A stretch of 64,000 bases of DNA. It comes from Octopus sinensis. Its lineage: Eukaryota. Within the stretch, counting starts at the first letter, position 1. Each line of letters starts with the position of its first letter. Where the stretch lies: the NCBI RefSeq assembly GCF_006345805.1, contig NC_043009.1, forward strand, positions 46,562,001 through 46,626,000, read 5' to 3'. Shown in pieces: positions 1-11,799 of this stretch. Below the pieces are notes generated by a model, which worked only from the letters and a program-made list of their open reading frames with translations, did no database searches and was not told the origin of the DNA. The position numbers were made by a program, and so were the translations under genes.

Positions 1-120
1 TCTACCAAATTTTATTCGCAAGATATAACCCAACCTGAGGCTATGTTTAAAATACAATGAGGTAGAATCGAACACAAAACCATCTGATCGCGAAGCGAAC
101 TCTTTTTACCATATGGCCAC
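1..120 (-). mobile_element. Degenerate 5' part of tRNA-headed SINE family 2
   Basis: Reverse complement (gtggccatatggtaaaaagagttcgcttcgcgatcagatggttttgtgttcgattc...atagcctcagg...atttggtaga) aligns by eye to the better copy at 51043-51489. Confidence 0.5.
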
Positions 121-546
121 ATATGTGCTCGTATAGTCTTTATAAAATAAACGCTATTGCTTCTATCTGTGTGCTACTGTTGACTAAGTATACGTGTCAT
201 GAAAGACACTCCATTACTGATCACCCTCACATTTGTACCGGCGTAGCGTATTTGTGACTATATTTGATGGCGATTTGGTTGCAGTTTCATGTAGCAGAAA
301 TCATGCGACAAAGCTGACTCAAATTACAATCTTCATTCCCAAGAAATGAGCAATCGTGCACCAATGCTGGGAATCATTATTAATCCATCTCTTGGGGCAG
401 CAGGTAATAGGATCGTACATGAACAAGCAAAATACCTCGCATTGTTTATGATATTTTACACTCTGAGTTCACATGCCGGCAAAGTTGTCTTACTGTCTTA
501 TCATCTACTGTTGATAAATGAATGTATTAACACACACTCACACACG

Positions 547-562
547 TATATATATATATACA

Positions 563-622
<60 letters not shown>
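547..622. repeat. (TA)n microsatellite
   Basis: Directly visible; it generates the poly-(YI) ORFs at 346-790. Confidence 0.95.
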
Positions 623-626
<4 letters not shown>

Positions 627-815
627 GGAAAGTTTACGAAAATAAACAAAAGACGAAGGCAGGTGGTGTACAAACAAACAGATGTATTAGTATAGCGCTC
701 AGGAATAGAAAAAGTCTTTTACGTTTCGAGCCTACGCTCTTCTACAGAAAGGTACACAGAAAAAACAAGGAGAGAAAAAAATGTGTGTAGTAGCTAACGA
801 TCTATCATGGCGTCA
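623..815 (-). mobile_element. Penelope-like terminal-repeat (pLTR) fragment next to (TA)n
   Basis: Contains a minimal hammerhead-like motif (715-752) of the kind known from Penelope pLTRs; no coding sequence. Confidence 0.5.
715..752 (-). ncRNA. Minimal type I hammerhead-like motif (core variant CUGUAGA)
   Basis: Minus strand reads CCTTT-CTGTAGA-A-GAGC(GTAG)GCTC-GAAAC-GTA-AAAGA: stem II 4 bp, palindromic AC/GU stem III, GUA triplet, stem I CTTT/AAAG. A6 is replaced by U. Confidence 0.5.
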
Positions 816-861
816 TGTGTGTGTGTGTGTGTGTGTACATATATATATATATATATATATA

Positions 862-1700
862 CAGTACCGTGCAAAAAACTTCGGTGGCTTTAAATTATTG
901 TAAATTTCTACTAATTACCAACTTATAAGTGGATGTTTCGCATTGCGTTTTTACAGATGAAATATTGGCCCTGTTGGAGTCTTTTCTATACCTAATCATT
1001 ATATTTTGTAGTAGGAGTTCTGAATAAAAGGGTAAGATATGAGACGATAACCAAAATAGCCGTGCAAACGTTTTCGGTCACCTCACATAAACGAATTAAG
1101 ATACAGTATTTTAAAACAAAAAAATGTCTACAATGAAAATTTATTACATAATGCTCATTTCAAGAAGTTACTGTACATTGTTAATATTTCATGTGACTTC
1201 CCTTGACTTGAATAATTACTTCAATGTGCCTGGGAAAAGATACGTACAAATCCTTCACCATCTTCACAGCTATGAGATGTCATTCTCTCTAGCTGAGCTT
1301 TCACAATTCTTCAAGATTGCGTGGATTCTTCTGACAAACTCTTCTCTTTAATTCTGTCCACATTTGCTATATGATATTTAAGTCAGGGCTCTGAGCTGAC
1401 CAATCTTTCAATACAGTAACACCTTCATCAGCCAAACTCTGTTACACGCGATTTGTGGTATGGAGCTCCGCCATGCTGAAAAATCTCACCTTCATTCATC
1501 CAAGTTTGGTATCTAATTGTCCTTCAGCAACTGGATGTATTTGGCACTATTCAAGTTACTGTCAGTTTTAGCCAAGTTTCTTGAAGCATCACTTTTTATG
1601 TACCCAAAAAGCATTAGACTCTTACCCCCCACTCCCTGAAACTTCACTGCTTTCGTTGGTCGTTTCGCCTTCTGAGAAATTCTCACTTATTAGAAAGCGA
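862..1700 (-). mobile_element. Tc1-family DNA transposon remnant (3' TIR plus decayed DD34E transposase C-terminal half)
   Basis: TA|CAGTACCGTGCAAAA terminus at 862 with an inner direct repeat (ccgtgcaaa..ttcggt, about 1060). Minus strand 1180-1690 translates with stops and shifts to VKF..GGKSLMLFGYIKSD...KYIQLLKDN...FQHGGAPYH...WSAQSPDLNII*QMW. Confidence 0.8.
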
Positions 1701-1754
1701 AACTACCCACGTTTCACTACGAAAATGGGATGAGATAAGTCGGTCACACAGAAT

Positions 1755-1916
1755 CCTCGAACCCAGTACTTGACTAGTGCTTATTTTGTCGATTCTGAAG
1801 AAATAAATCACAACTTTGAACTCGATGAAATTTGAACTCAGAATGTAAAAATCCAAGAAGAAAAACCTTACAGCATTTACCCACGGTTCGAACGAATCTG
1901 CCATCTCGAAGCCTTA
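1755..1916 (-). mobile_element. Old diverged copy of SINE family 1 interrupting the Tc1 transposase
   Basis: Reverse complement shows the head (taaggc..gagatggcagattcgtt), B-box-like ctgagttcaaat and body (tcgacaaaataagcactagtcaagtactggg). Confidence 0.6.
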
Positions 1917-2374
1917 GATTTGCAATAACGAAATTATTTTAGCATTTTTCATGTTATTCTTTTTGAAATCAAAGTCGATCATAAGTAGTATTCATAACCA
2001 AAAATAAAGACGCAAAGGCTGACGACATCATTTTCAGTTTGTTTAAAGGCAGAAATATTTTACGAGAGATGAATTTGACTTAACGTTTATAAATTGCATA
2101 AAAATATACTTCTCTACAGTAACTATATTGGGTTACTGTTATCATTTTACCCAAAGTTTAAAGCAAAACAGTCAACAGAACATACATTATTTGTCAAGAA
2201 ACAGAGGGTTTTCGCCTGCATTCTTCACAGAAATATGTGCAATGTCCATATTGAATTAGCGGATCCTATAATCGAAGAAAGAGATACACTGCTATGTGAA
2301 CTTTGTGGATATTACCAAATAAAATGGCTAAATATTGTAAACGCTTTTCACCTCAGGTTCGTAGTCTTTGATAC

Positions 2375-2562
2375 TGAACCATCACTTTTTAATGTATCCC
2401 CAAAGAATTAGACTCTTACCTACCAAACTTCCCTGGTTTCGTCGTCTAACGTGGGTCGTTTCGCTTTCTGACAAATTCCTGCTTATTAGAAAGCGAAACG
2501 TTACACGACGCAAATGAGATGTGACAATTCGATCTCCCAGTACTTGACTAGTGCTTATTTAG
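2375..2562 (-). repeat. Second diverged copy of the Tc1/SINE junction seen at about 1585-1785
   Basis: Shared catcacttttt..ttagactcttacc, tttcgc(c/t)ttctg..agaaagcgaaac and cccagtacttgactagtgcttattt. Confidence 0.65.
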
Positions 2563-2586
2563 TCAAAACAATCCAGTGGTAGTTTA

Positions 2587-3209
2587 CTAAAATTGAACCA
2601 GTTTCACGGCGCTAATGCGATGCAAATTTTAAAGAAAATACCAGGTTTAATGCTCTTTTTCAGCAGTGCACGCAAAGTATTAAAATATTAATTTTTCTAA
2701 ATGCCAATTATTTTTGATAACCTTCCTGAGATATATTGTATAATTTTTTTTTAAAAAAACAATGTTTTAGGATATATTTTGTGTAATAAAGTGCTAAAAT
2801 TGAACCAGTTTCTTGGCGCTAATTCGATGCAAATTTTAAAGAAAATACCAGGTTTAATGCTTTTTTTCAGCAGTGCACGCAAAGTATTAAAATATTAATT
2901 TTTCTAAATGCCAATTATTTTTGATAACCTTCCTGAGATATATTGTATAATTTTTTTTTAAAAAAAACAATGTTTTAGGATATATTTTGTGTAATAAAGT
3001 GCTAAAATTGAACCAGTTTCTTGGCGCTAATTCGATGCAAATTTTAAAGAAAATACCAGGTTTAATGCTTTTTTTCAGCAGTGCACGCAAAGTATTAAAA
3101 TATTAATTTTTCCAAATGCCATTTATTTTTGATAACCTTCCTGAGATATATTGTATAATTTTTTTTTAAAAAACAATGTTTTAGGATATATTTTGTGTAA
3201 TAAAGTGCT
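2587..3209. repeat. Tandem triplication of an approx. 208-bp AT-rich unit
   Basis: ctaaaattgaaccagtttc starts at 2587, 2794 and 3002; units nearly identical. Confidence 0.95.
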
Positions 3210-3599
3210 TCCGGTTTTCATCAAATAAAGTGTCGAAGTTTCTAACATGCAGCACGTAAATAACTGTCCACCTGCAACGACCACTTGAACATGCCTAGTC
3301 ATTGCTTCGAATGACCAAGAGAATGAATACTTGAATTAGAAAAACACACACATAACACGCATATATACACATAAATGCACACACGCACACACACACACAA
3401 ACATGCACATATACACATGCACATGTGTATGCATGTGTATATACGTTCCTATGTATACAACAGGTTTTCTAAACGGAAATTTCAGCTTGTAAAACGGTAA
3501 ATATATTCTTATCTGACAATACAACAGAAGTCAGTGACATTTCTCAAGGGAAACATGTATATATGTCAGTGTTGTGTGTGCGTGTATGGCGCCCCTTGT

Positions 3600-3630
<31 letters not shown>

Positions 3631-4227
3631 GTGTGTGTGTGTATGTGTGTGAAAAATAGATATATGCGTACAAAGATATAATTATGTACACACACATATG
3701 CACACTTATATTTAGATATTTAATGTTATTTGATTATAAATCTTTAAAGCGCAGTTTTCCAATATACATATATCATATTTTGATCCGAACCAATTGCCAA
3801 CACACGCTGACTCTTACATACATCTATCAAGAAGGTAATTCAATTTATTTCTATATTGTTGTAATTATGTTTCTCTTATATGAAAGCTATCACTTAAACT
3901 CGGATAACGGTCATTTAAGTCAATATAAGTAAGAATGATGATGGTAATGGTAGTGGTGGTGGTTATGGGGGTGGCAGTGGTGATGATGAGGATGTTGAGG
4001 ATAATGATCTTTTCTTCATTAGCCACACGCGCTTGAAGAAGTATAAAAAAAAAACGAAATTAATTCCAAGGGTTGCAAAAAAAGAAATGACCTCATGGTG
4101 TAAGAAAAGAAACAATTTTACAAATTCAGAAGGATGGAATAAGGGATGTTACACGTTATACAGAATAATGTACTAAGAATTTTCAAGTTTCCCTCACATG
4201 CACATACACACACACGCACACACACAC

Positions 4228-4273
<46 letters not shown>

Positions 4274-4325
4274 ATACTAGAGTACTCGTGACTCGTTGGG
4301 TCACTAATAGTTAAAGGTACCCGAA

Positions 4326-4680
4326 AATATCACGTATCTCGAGAACCCGTTGTCCGATTTATGCGAAATTTGTTTTGTTCTGTTTGTATTTACATTTCAA
4401 TGATACCTTACTTTCAGAGCATTTTCCCATTATGTGCCGGTTTGGCTATTTATAAAGGGACTCGGAAGAACAGCGTATCTCGGTAACCTGAGATCCGATT
4501 TCCGCGAAATTTGTTTTATTCCGGTTGTATTCCCATTTTAGGGGCACCTTATTTTATTGTCACAGTAAATGACAATAAATTCAGGTTTGGCTGCTTAGAT
4601 TTGTGAAAGCAAACCCGAAAAAACCACGTATCTCGGAAGTCCGTGGTCCGACTTACGCAAAACTTGTTTTGGGTATTCTT
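4326..4680. repeat. Three diverged approx. 140-150-bp subrepeats
   Basis: Motif cgtatctcg..tccga(t/c)tt..gc(g/a)aaa.ttgtttt at about 4333, 4472 and 4627. Confidence 0.6.
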
Positions 4681-5037
4681 TTCTAAGCTCGATGTAATGT
4701 CTTAATTTTAATATTAATATGTACTCTCTCACAATCTATCTGTTGCATCTGAACTCAATTTTCCATTTGTCTTTTAAACTTGTTGGGGTAGTTTCAGACA
4801 CCGCAGATTCGTAATTTTGTCTATTAAAACAATGTTTGATTTTCGGAGAACAGTGAATCTTGATTCATCTTCTTTCTCTGCACTTTTTCGTTGACGTATT
4901 CAAGAAATTGTTCCTCTTCGCCTGGTTTCCTTGGTTTATGCTTAAATGTGGCTATGCACCTTGGTACAGCAAGAGAACGTAGTATATCCTCATGTATTTG
5001 TTACATAAATATCTAAAGATATTTCATATTTCTATGG

Positions 5038-5437
5038 CATTCGACGGATATTTGTCCTCATCTTGTTTGTTGTTAACACAACGTTTCGGCTGACATACCC
5101 TCCAGCCTTCCTCAGGTGTCTTGGGGAAATTTCGAACCTGGGTTCTCATTCTTAAGGTATTTTTCGATATTATTATTATTATTATTATTATTGTTCAGGT
5201 CACTGCTTGGAATCGAATTCGGAATCTTGGGGTTAGTAGTTCGATTCCAAGCAGTGACCTGAACAATAACAATAATAATAATAGTAATAATAATAATAAT
5301 AATAACATCGAAAAATACCTTAGGAATGAGAACCCAGGTTCGAAATTTCTCCAAGATACCTGAAGAAGGCTGGAGGGTATATCAGCTTAATTGTTGTGTT
5401 AACAACAAACAAGATGAGAACAAATTTCCGTCGAATG
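5038..5437. mobile_element. 400-bp inverted repeat made of two truncated Penelope pLTR copies
   Basis: Arms 5038-5217 and 5240-5437 are reverse complements around a 22-nt loop. Each arm has a B-box-like gttcgattcc, (AAT)n and a hammerhead motif. Homologous to 45110-45348. Confidence 0.8.
5075..5120 (-). ncRNA. Minimal type I hammerhead ribozyme motif
   Basis: GACAC-CTGAGGA-A-GGCTG(GAGGGTATGT)CAGCC-GAAAC-GTT-GTGTT: stem I GACAC/GTGTT, stem II 5 bp, palindromic stem III. The right-arm copy has lost GAAA. Confidence 0.7.
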
Positions 5438-5699
5438 TAAATAATGGAAATAATTTACTATTTCGTTACTAAAATTTATGGACTTATCTGGACTACCCCT
5501 TCTCAGTTGTTGATTTCCTTAGTCAACCTCTATTTAACTAATTTACTAGTCAGGCCTCTGTAAGCTTGGCACGCCGAAAAAGAGTAATTCAGCTTCCAGT
5601 AACCGGGATCCTGCATTTGAATTCTATTTAGGTTGATCATACGGATCACAAGTTTGTGGGCTCTTGTAGCCAACTACTATGTTGTGGATAACCTTACTA

Positions 5700-6300
5700 T
5701 CGCTATCTGCTGGCCTGCAAAATACTCTATCTACATACGACCTGCATGCTCTGATTCTGTTTGCTGTTGTTACTGTTGTAAGCTACTATTGTTGGATCTA
5801 TGATGTCAGTAGCAATGGTACAGTAGAAAACTCTGAAGTCGTTTTCAGCACACACAAGTGGCATCTTGGTCTTTTACCTTTAACTGTTACACTCATCACC
5901 ATTCCATTTGGCAGATGGATGAACTCTAGCAGTTTTTCCACATCCTCCGGTCTGATCCAGTGTAGTATCACCTATGTAGTTGAAAGCCAAAACTTCTCAG
6001 TATGTATTATGTCCAGTCGGAAGTTACGGCACTACAGGCCAACACAAGACAAGAGTCACCAGATATCCAAGCCCTGTGGAACTTATCCTATCTTAACAGG
6101 ATAATTCCTTCTTCCTAAATATGTTTTGTAAAAGTTGAGGACTGTGCGACCTATGGAGTGCCTCGGTGCAAGGGATTTTCAAAATGGTCTTCACAACCCC
6201 AAACTGCTTTCTCTGGCTACATGTACAAGAGAGTTCTGAAAGTTTCCTAGTTTTACGGGTGTCGAGAAAGGCCCGGTTGGAGGCCTAACCTTCCGCGTTC
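5700..6300 (-). pseudogene. Decayed ORF1/gag-like fragment related to the zinc-knuckle proteins at 13830-18413
   Basis: Minus strand gives IRPEDVEKLLEFIHLPNGMVMSVTVKGKRPRCHLC then (shift) AENDFRVFYC, matching PEDIKNMIE..VVLKFKEGRIPRCYQC and RVWVEGRAPRCYKC. Multiple stops. Confidence 0.45.
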
Positions 6301-7489
6301 TTTTACAGGTCTTAGAAAAACTAAAGGACAGCTGACATGTGTGTATGAATTTGAGAGGGGAACATGTTGAATAAAATCATAATTTCCTGATCCTCCTGTA
6401 TTTTTCTTTTACCCCAAGACAGGAACTTTTGAGAACCCCCTCATATTACATCTGCTTACATATCTTTGATGCTCCTTTTAAGCGTCAGGTTTTTGCCGAC
6501 ACACAGCGATATAGCACCGTTTTCTGGGCAATTGATGACAAAACATCTAAGATTGCAACTTGGTTTTTCCTTCTTTTAACTTTCAGGTGTTGTGCTGCTC
6601 GTATCAGCCATGACTTACTGTTTAGGCAGACCAAGAAACATTTTGTTGATTTTGTGCCATATAAGCAAACGACTGCCTGTCCGTGGACTCACCATGTCTT
6701 TTACTATGTGCTCGTATTTGTTGTGATTGTTATTGTCGTTGGTGTTGTTGCTCTTGCTGTCACTGTTATTGCTCCCACCACTGCTGTTGTTGAAGCTAAT
6801 GTACCTACTGCTATTATTATTATTATTATTGTTATGCCTGTATTTGGTATAGTTGTAATTATTGTTGACACATCGTTGTTGCTATTCCCGTATTCATCTA
6901 TTTTTCTTCTCAGAACCTAATGGTAATCTGACTTGATGTAAAAAATAATCGCCACCATACATTTTCTCCTACCACTTCGTACTTTCTAGAGGGCGTACAT
7001 TCAGGTGTCTTCATGATTTTAAACATTAATATTACGAAGCGGAGAAATATTTGTGCCCCTTACATTCTATACATACCCTCCCTTTCATCACACGCTGAAG
7101 TAGATGTTTTTTTAAAGAAATGACCAAAACAAAATTAAAACAAAATATGGCATTTCCAAACACAACAATTAATATTTTACGTGCAAAAGCGAAGCACATC
7201 CAAGGTAGAATATTTGAGTGTCCTAGATTTATACAGTAAAAGTACAAGAAGTGGTGATATGACTAAGTTACTCGAGTTATACATTGGTAACTTTGCCAGA
7301 AATGAGGACGACAAGGTATGAACACCAACCTGAGAAAACATATAATTCACAGAGTTGTCAAAGTTTGTGAGATTTTCCCAAACAAAGAGATAAACACTTA
7401 AAGCATAAGCCAAGCATCACCGTTGTTGATAAAATTCGTAAGACGTATCACCTTATTGATACACCATACCTGTTTTGTTTACGCAGTTC

Positions 7490-9994
7490 GGCAAAAATTA
7501 GGGATTGAAATGTAAATACCGAACAATTAACACACATGAAGGATTGCATAAATGCAGGTTACCATTTAGCTTAAAAGTCGCACCGGCAATTTTTCAACAG
7601 GTTACAGATGCTATGTTAGCGGACTGTGAATTCGCAATTCCATATCTGGATGATATACTCGTAAAAAGTGAATCCTGGGACCAACAAGTAGAGCACGTAC
7701 AAATATGTGTTTGAAAAAATTAATGATTACGACTTTACTTTGAGTGGAGAAACATGTAAATTTTTCTTATTGAAAATAAAAAAAAAATATGACAAATCAT
7801 TGACAGAAATGGACGTCGACCAGATCCTAACCCTAACCCAGATCCGTCCAGAATAGACACAGTTAAAAATATGCCCCCTCCGACAAATACAGCGTCCTAA
7901 ACAAGATTTGTGGGGACTTGCGAATTATTACCAGACTTACATTCTAAATAAGCATATGGTAAGTTTTCCACTAAATAATCTATTTTCAAAAAATGTAGAA
8001 GAATTGGCCTGAAATTTTTCTGAAGGCTTTCAACGAAATTGAAAAAGAAATTTAACATCTGATCTGTCGTTAGCACATTTCGATCCTGCAGCGCAGATTG
8101 CTGTAGCTTCAGATGCCTCTGAGTACGATATAGGAGCAGAAATGCTACATAAATATAAAGATGGTAACATGAAGATGGTGGTTCACGCCTCACGTTCTCT
8201 GATGTCAGCAGAAAAAAATTACAGCCAAATCGAAAAAGTGGCCCTTGCGATTATTTTTGTTGTAAAAACATTTCGTAGATTTTTACACGGTAGAAGCTTT
8301 CGACTGATCATCGTCCGTTATTATGGATATATGGGTCGAAGAAAGGAAAGACTACTCATACTGCTAATGGATTGCAACGCTGGGATATTATATTATTAAA
8401 CTATTGTTTTAAGATGGAGTATATGCCATGTAGGAAATTCGGACTCGCTAATTGTTTATCAATGCTGATCTCAGAAAATGCTGAATCATTAGAAGATAGC
8501 GCGATTGCGATTGCTGCTTTGCGAGCGGTAAATGAAATTAAATATGTTTAATGTACCGTCTATCAGTTACATTACTAGGCATAAAATTAAAATCGGAAAA
8601 TGATAAATTCATATTTTAAAAACGAAAGAAATGCTGAAGGCTAAAAGAGATAAAAATATGCTCAACACAAATTCGAACCCATTCTCAATGTGTTGATCTG
8701 CGTACAAAGAGTCGTAGTGCCAGCCACACTACAGAAGCGATTACTTAAGGAATTTCACATTGGCCACCCAGGGATTTCGAGAATGCAATCGTTAATGCGA
8801 AGTTGTATATATTGGCCAACAATGGAATGTGACATTGAAGAACTATTGAAAGCATGCAGAAGGTGTGAGCTAGCTGCAAAAGCACCTACCACTCAACGGC
8901 AACCATAACCAAAAACATGGGCCAGACTGCACGTCGATTACGTAGATCTACTCAAGGATCATACTACAGTTTTACAAAATAGCCTGAAGTGCGTAAGTGT
9001 AAAAATCCAGCAGCTACAGTTACAGTAAGTTATTTACACGAATTGTTCACTAGATATGGTATTCCGATACCATTGTGCCTGATAATGGAATTCAATTCAC
9101 TTCAGACGAGTTCAGAAAAATTTGTCAGATGTTCGTAATCGAACATGTCACCACTCCATCCTATGTCAAATAGACAGGCGGAGCATTTTGAGGACACTTT
9201 CAAATGGCGTTGAAAAAGGTCAGCAATGAAGTAATGGACGATTTCGCACTTGAACAATTTCTAAGAGAGGACCGAGTAACACATTCGAATACCCCGTCTG
9301 GAATGTTACCCGCAGGGTTGATGTTTGCTAGGAAGATCAGATCCATTTTTGAGAGGTTGATATTGAATGAAAATAGAAATAAGGTGAACAACAAATATAT
9401 TTCAAGATTTTTCAAGTCAGCTGACAAAGTTTTTCTTAAAAACCTATATATATGGTAAAGCAAGCTGGGAGGACAGTGTAATTATTTAACAAATTGGAAG
9501 AATGTTATTCTTGATAAAATGAAAAAAATGTCGAACATAAAAGGCATACTAATGAAGTTAAAAAAGGTTCATGGAACAAACAGTCAGGAGAAATGAAATC
9601 CCCTTGGAAGTACTGAACGACACGTTTGAGGTACCAACACCCAAATAATTTGAAACTACACGTTTGTAGCGCCAGAAAACCGAAAAGAACGGAAACATTG
9701 CAATTAAACCCCAATCGTAAGAGATTTTAAAACTATAAGCGGAGTTTAATTCTCAAAAAGGGAGAAGTTATGGGAGACAAATTCTAAAAGGGGATGTTGT
9801 GGAAAGAATCCGACCATCCACTAAGGGATTAAAAGTGGACTGAGTCAGTGTTATAAAATAAAGAATTGTGAGTGATCGGGGTAACATCTCACTGTGAGCC
9901 ATTAATTGAGAGCATTGAGTCTCGCGTGATAGTAATCGTATTGCGTTGTGTAAATATTTATTTCCTCCTGCTTCGTTAAAATATATATCCAACA
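7490..9994 (+). mobile_element. Ty3/Gypsy LTR retrotransposon relic 1 (RT, RNase H, integrase, PPT, 3' LTR)
   Basis: RLPFSLKVAPAIFQ..YLDDILV (7505-7714), DASEY..HASRSLMSAEKNYSQIEK (8110-8399), HIGHPGISRM..CRRC (8690-8908), PPT aaaagggga at 9786-9794. Many stops and frameshifts. Confidence 0.9.
9795..9994 (+). repeat. Putative 200-bp LTR of Gypsy relic 1
   Basis: Starts TGTTG immediately after the PPT and ends CAACA (5-bp terminal inverted repeat). The right end is inferred. Confidence 0.55.
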
Positions 9995-10929
9995 CCAGGA
10001 TATAAATGTTTTGCATTACCTAGATGATTAATTGGTTGATTAGTTTTTGTGGCGTGGTATTTATTTCTATTTGTTTTTGTATTTTTAATGCGGGGTGATA
10101 ACTGATTATGAGCAGAGAAGAGTAATGAGTGTAAAATGCAAACAAACGAAAGTACTGCTGGCAATAAAATTGAAACAATATTTCAACATCTAAAATAATA
10201 AACAATGATGTGAAAGAACAGTTATCACACGGATCACCAGAAAACCTGCCGACTAATGTTAACCAATGGACCAATTTGCTAATAAATGATTCATAGAGAT
10301 CAAAGTTACTAACTTTTGGAATTGAATGTTTTGCTAAAATGTGCTGCAATTACCACTCTCCAGTAGACGGGAGTAACTGAGATCGATCGTAACGACAAAA
10401 ATTCAAATATACGACCTCTCCCCATACAATTGATGACAAACACAGAAATTATATTGAACAGAATCGCGCATTCTCTAACAGCCGGCTGAGTCTTTAGACG
10501 GAGATCTGCATAACAGTTTAAAAGTATTGGGAATCTGAAAAATGAAGAGAAAAGCAGAAGAACAATCATACTTACATTCTCCAAATGCAATCGCCGTGAT
10601 TTAGAGTGACAATTTATAAAACATTGTACGGGTTCTTCATTTGATGGACCTGGGATGAACATATATAATGTATCATATGTATGTACGGAAAAAGCACCTA
10701 CAAACACACAGAGACATACACATAAGTAGTAATGAAACACATTCACTAAGGAATACTATAGTAACAAGCACACACATACATACAGTTTGCAAGTTCATCC
10801 ATACACCTTCACCAAACATACGTATAAACACATGCATATATGTACAGACTCATATATACACATAGCAACAAATTCAAATAATTATAAACCGCATGGGAAC
10901 AGTTTTGACTTAAACAAAAAACTTTCTCA

Positions 10930-11670
10930 CTTTTTAGAGCCTGACTTCATTTCTGGAAACAAAAACCTAAGCACACTCTATACAAACGAAGCAAGTCAAA
11001 ATTTATCCGCACTTTCGCCATAAAATATCTTGATTATTGTCACATTGCCGTCTGCACATGAGTGCTTATAGTTGGTAATAGTGTGGTCACGCGATCGAAC
11101 TTTGAACCTGATCACGCCATATTTCCTTCTGACTTTACAGTTTTAATATGGCCGTTCCACTAGCAATGTGCACCAAAAAACAACAAAAGGCAGTAATGCG
11201 AGACATAGTAATGGTGAAATATTCTCGTCAGCGGTGGAAGTTGACGGGCGTCCTGCTCCCTCTCCGTGTGTCACGCTTGTCCGGCTACTTTAAAGGTTTC
11301 GATCCTCTCATACACACTTCTAGGCGATAGTGCACTGTCCTCGTATTGTGCTAAAAGCCTCCGATGAATTTCAGCACCTTACACACCTTGCGACCAGAGA
11401 AATCGGATCACTGCTCTTTGTCCTTCTTTAGTGCAGATTACTAGTGGAGCGGCTATGCTTACACAGTAAAGCCAGAAAGTAAAATGGCGCGATCAGGCTC
11501 ACACTTCGATCACAATAGTACCAACTATAAGCAGGTATACGCAGAAGGTGGTGTGAAAAGAATAAAGATATCTTGTGGTGAAAGGGCAAATAATTTTTTT
11601 ATTTCAGATCGTATACATGACTTACAATGGAGTCAGAGACTAAAGTTTCTATTGAGAGTTCAAAATATCT
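10930..11670. mobile_element. Mariner-derived foldback element made of two inverted transposon left ends
   Basis: About 10930-11205 is the reverse complement of about 11400-11670. Both arms run into the transposase start: MAVPLAMCTKKQQKAV on + at 11148, and AAPLVICTKEGQRAVIRFLWS..HRRLLAQYEDSALS..GAGRPSTST on - from 11456. Confidence 0.75.
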
Positions 11671-11799
11671 TACATTCATACGTAACTTTTTATATAGGAT
11701 CTTTACCTTTTAACCTACAGATTTAAAAAGTAATTTTTTGTAACTAAACACTTTCAAACTTCGGACACTGGTAGAATGTGTCATATAAAACATCTTTTT

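Noticed and set aside
346-790. ORFs rich in YI, poly-I, poly-N, poly-Y, poly-L or YLSI here and throughout the window
   Set aside because: They are translations of (TA)n, (AAT)n, (GAA)n, (TATC)n and (CA)n microsatellites, not genes.
1655-1706. Hairpin initially read as a hammerhead or as a third SINE tail
   Set aside because: No CUGANGA core, and the sequence translates in register with the Tc1 transposase (..FVRKRNDPR.TTK..KFG).
4312-4325. Kolobok-like terminus TTAA|AGGTAC
   Set aside because: No matching opposite terminus found.
2587-4680. Tandem repeats as a CRISPR array
   Set aside because: Units are 140-208 bp with no unique spacers, no cas genes are present, and the context is eukaryotic.
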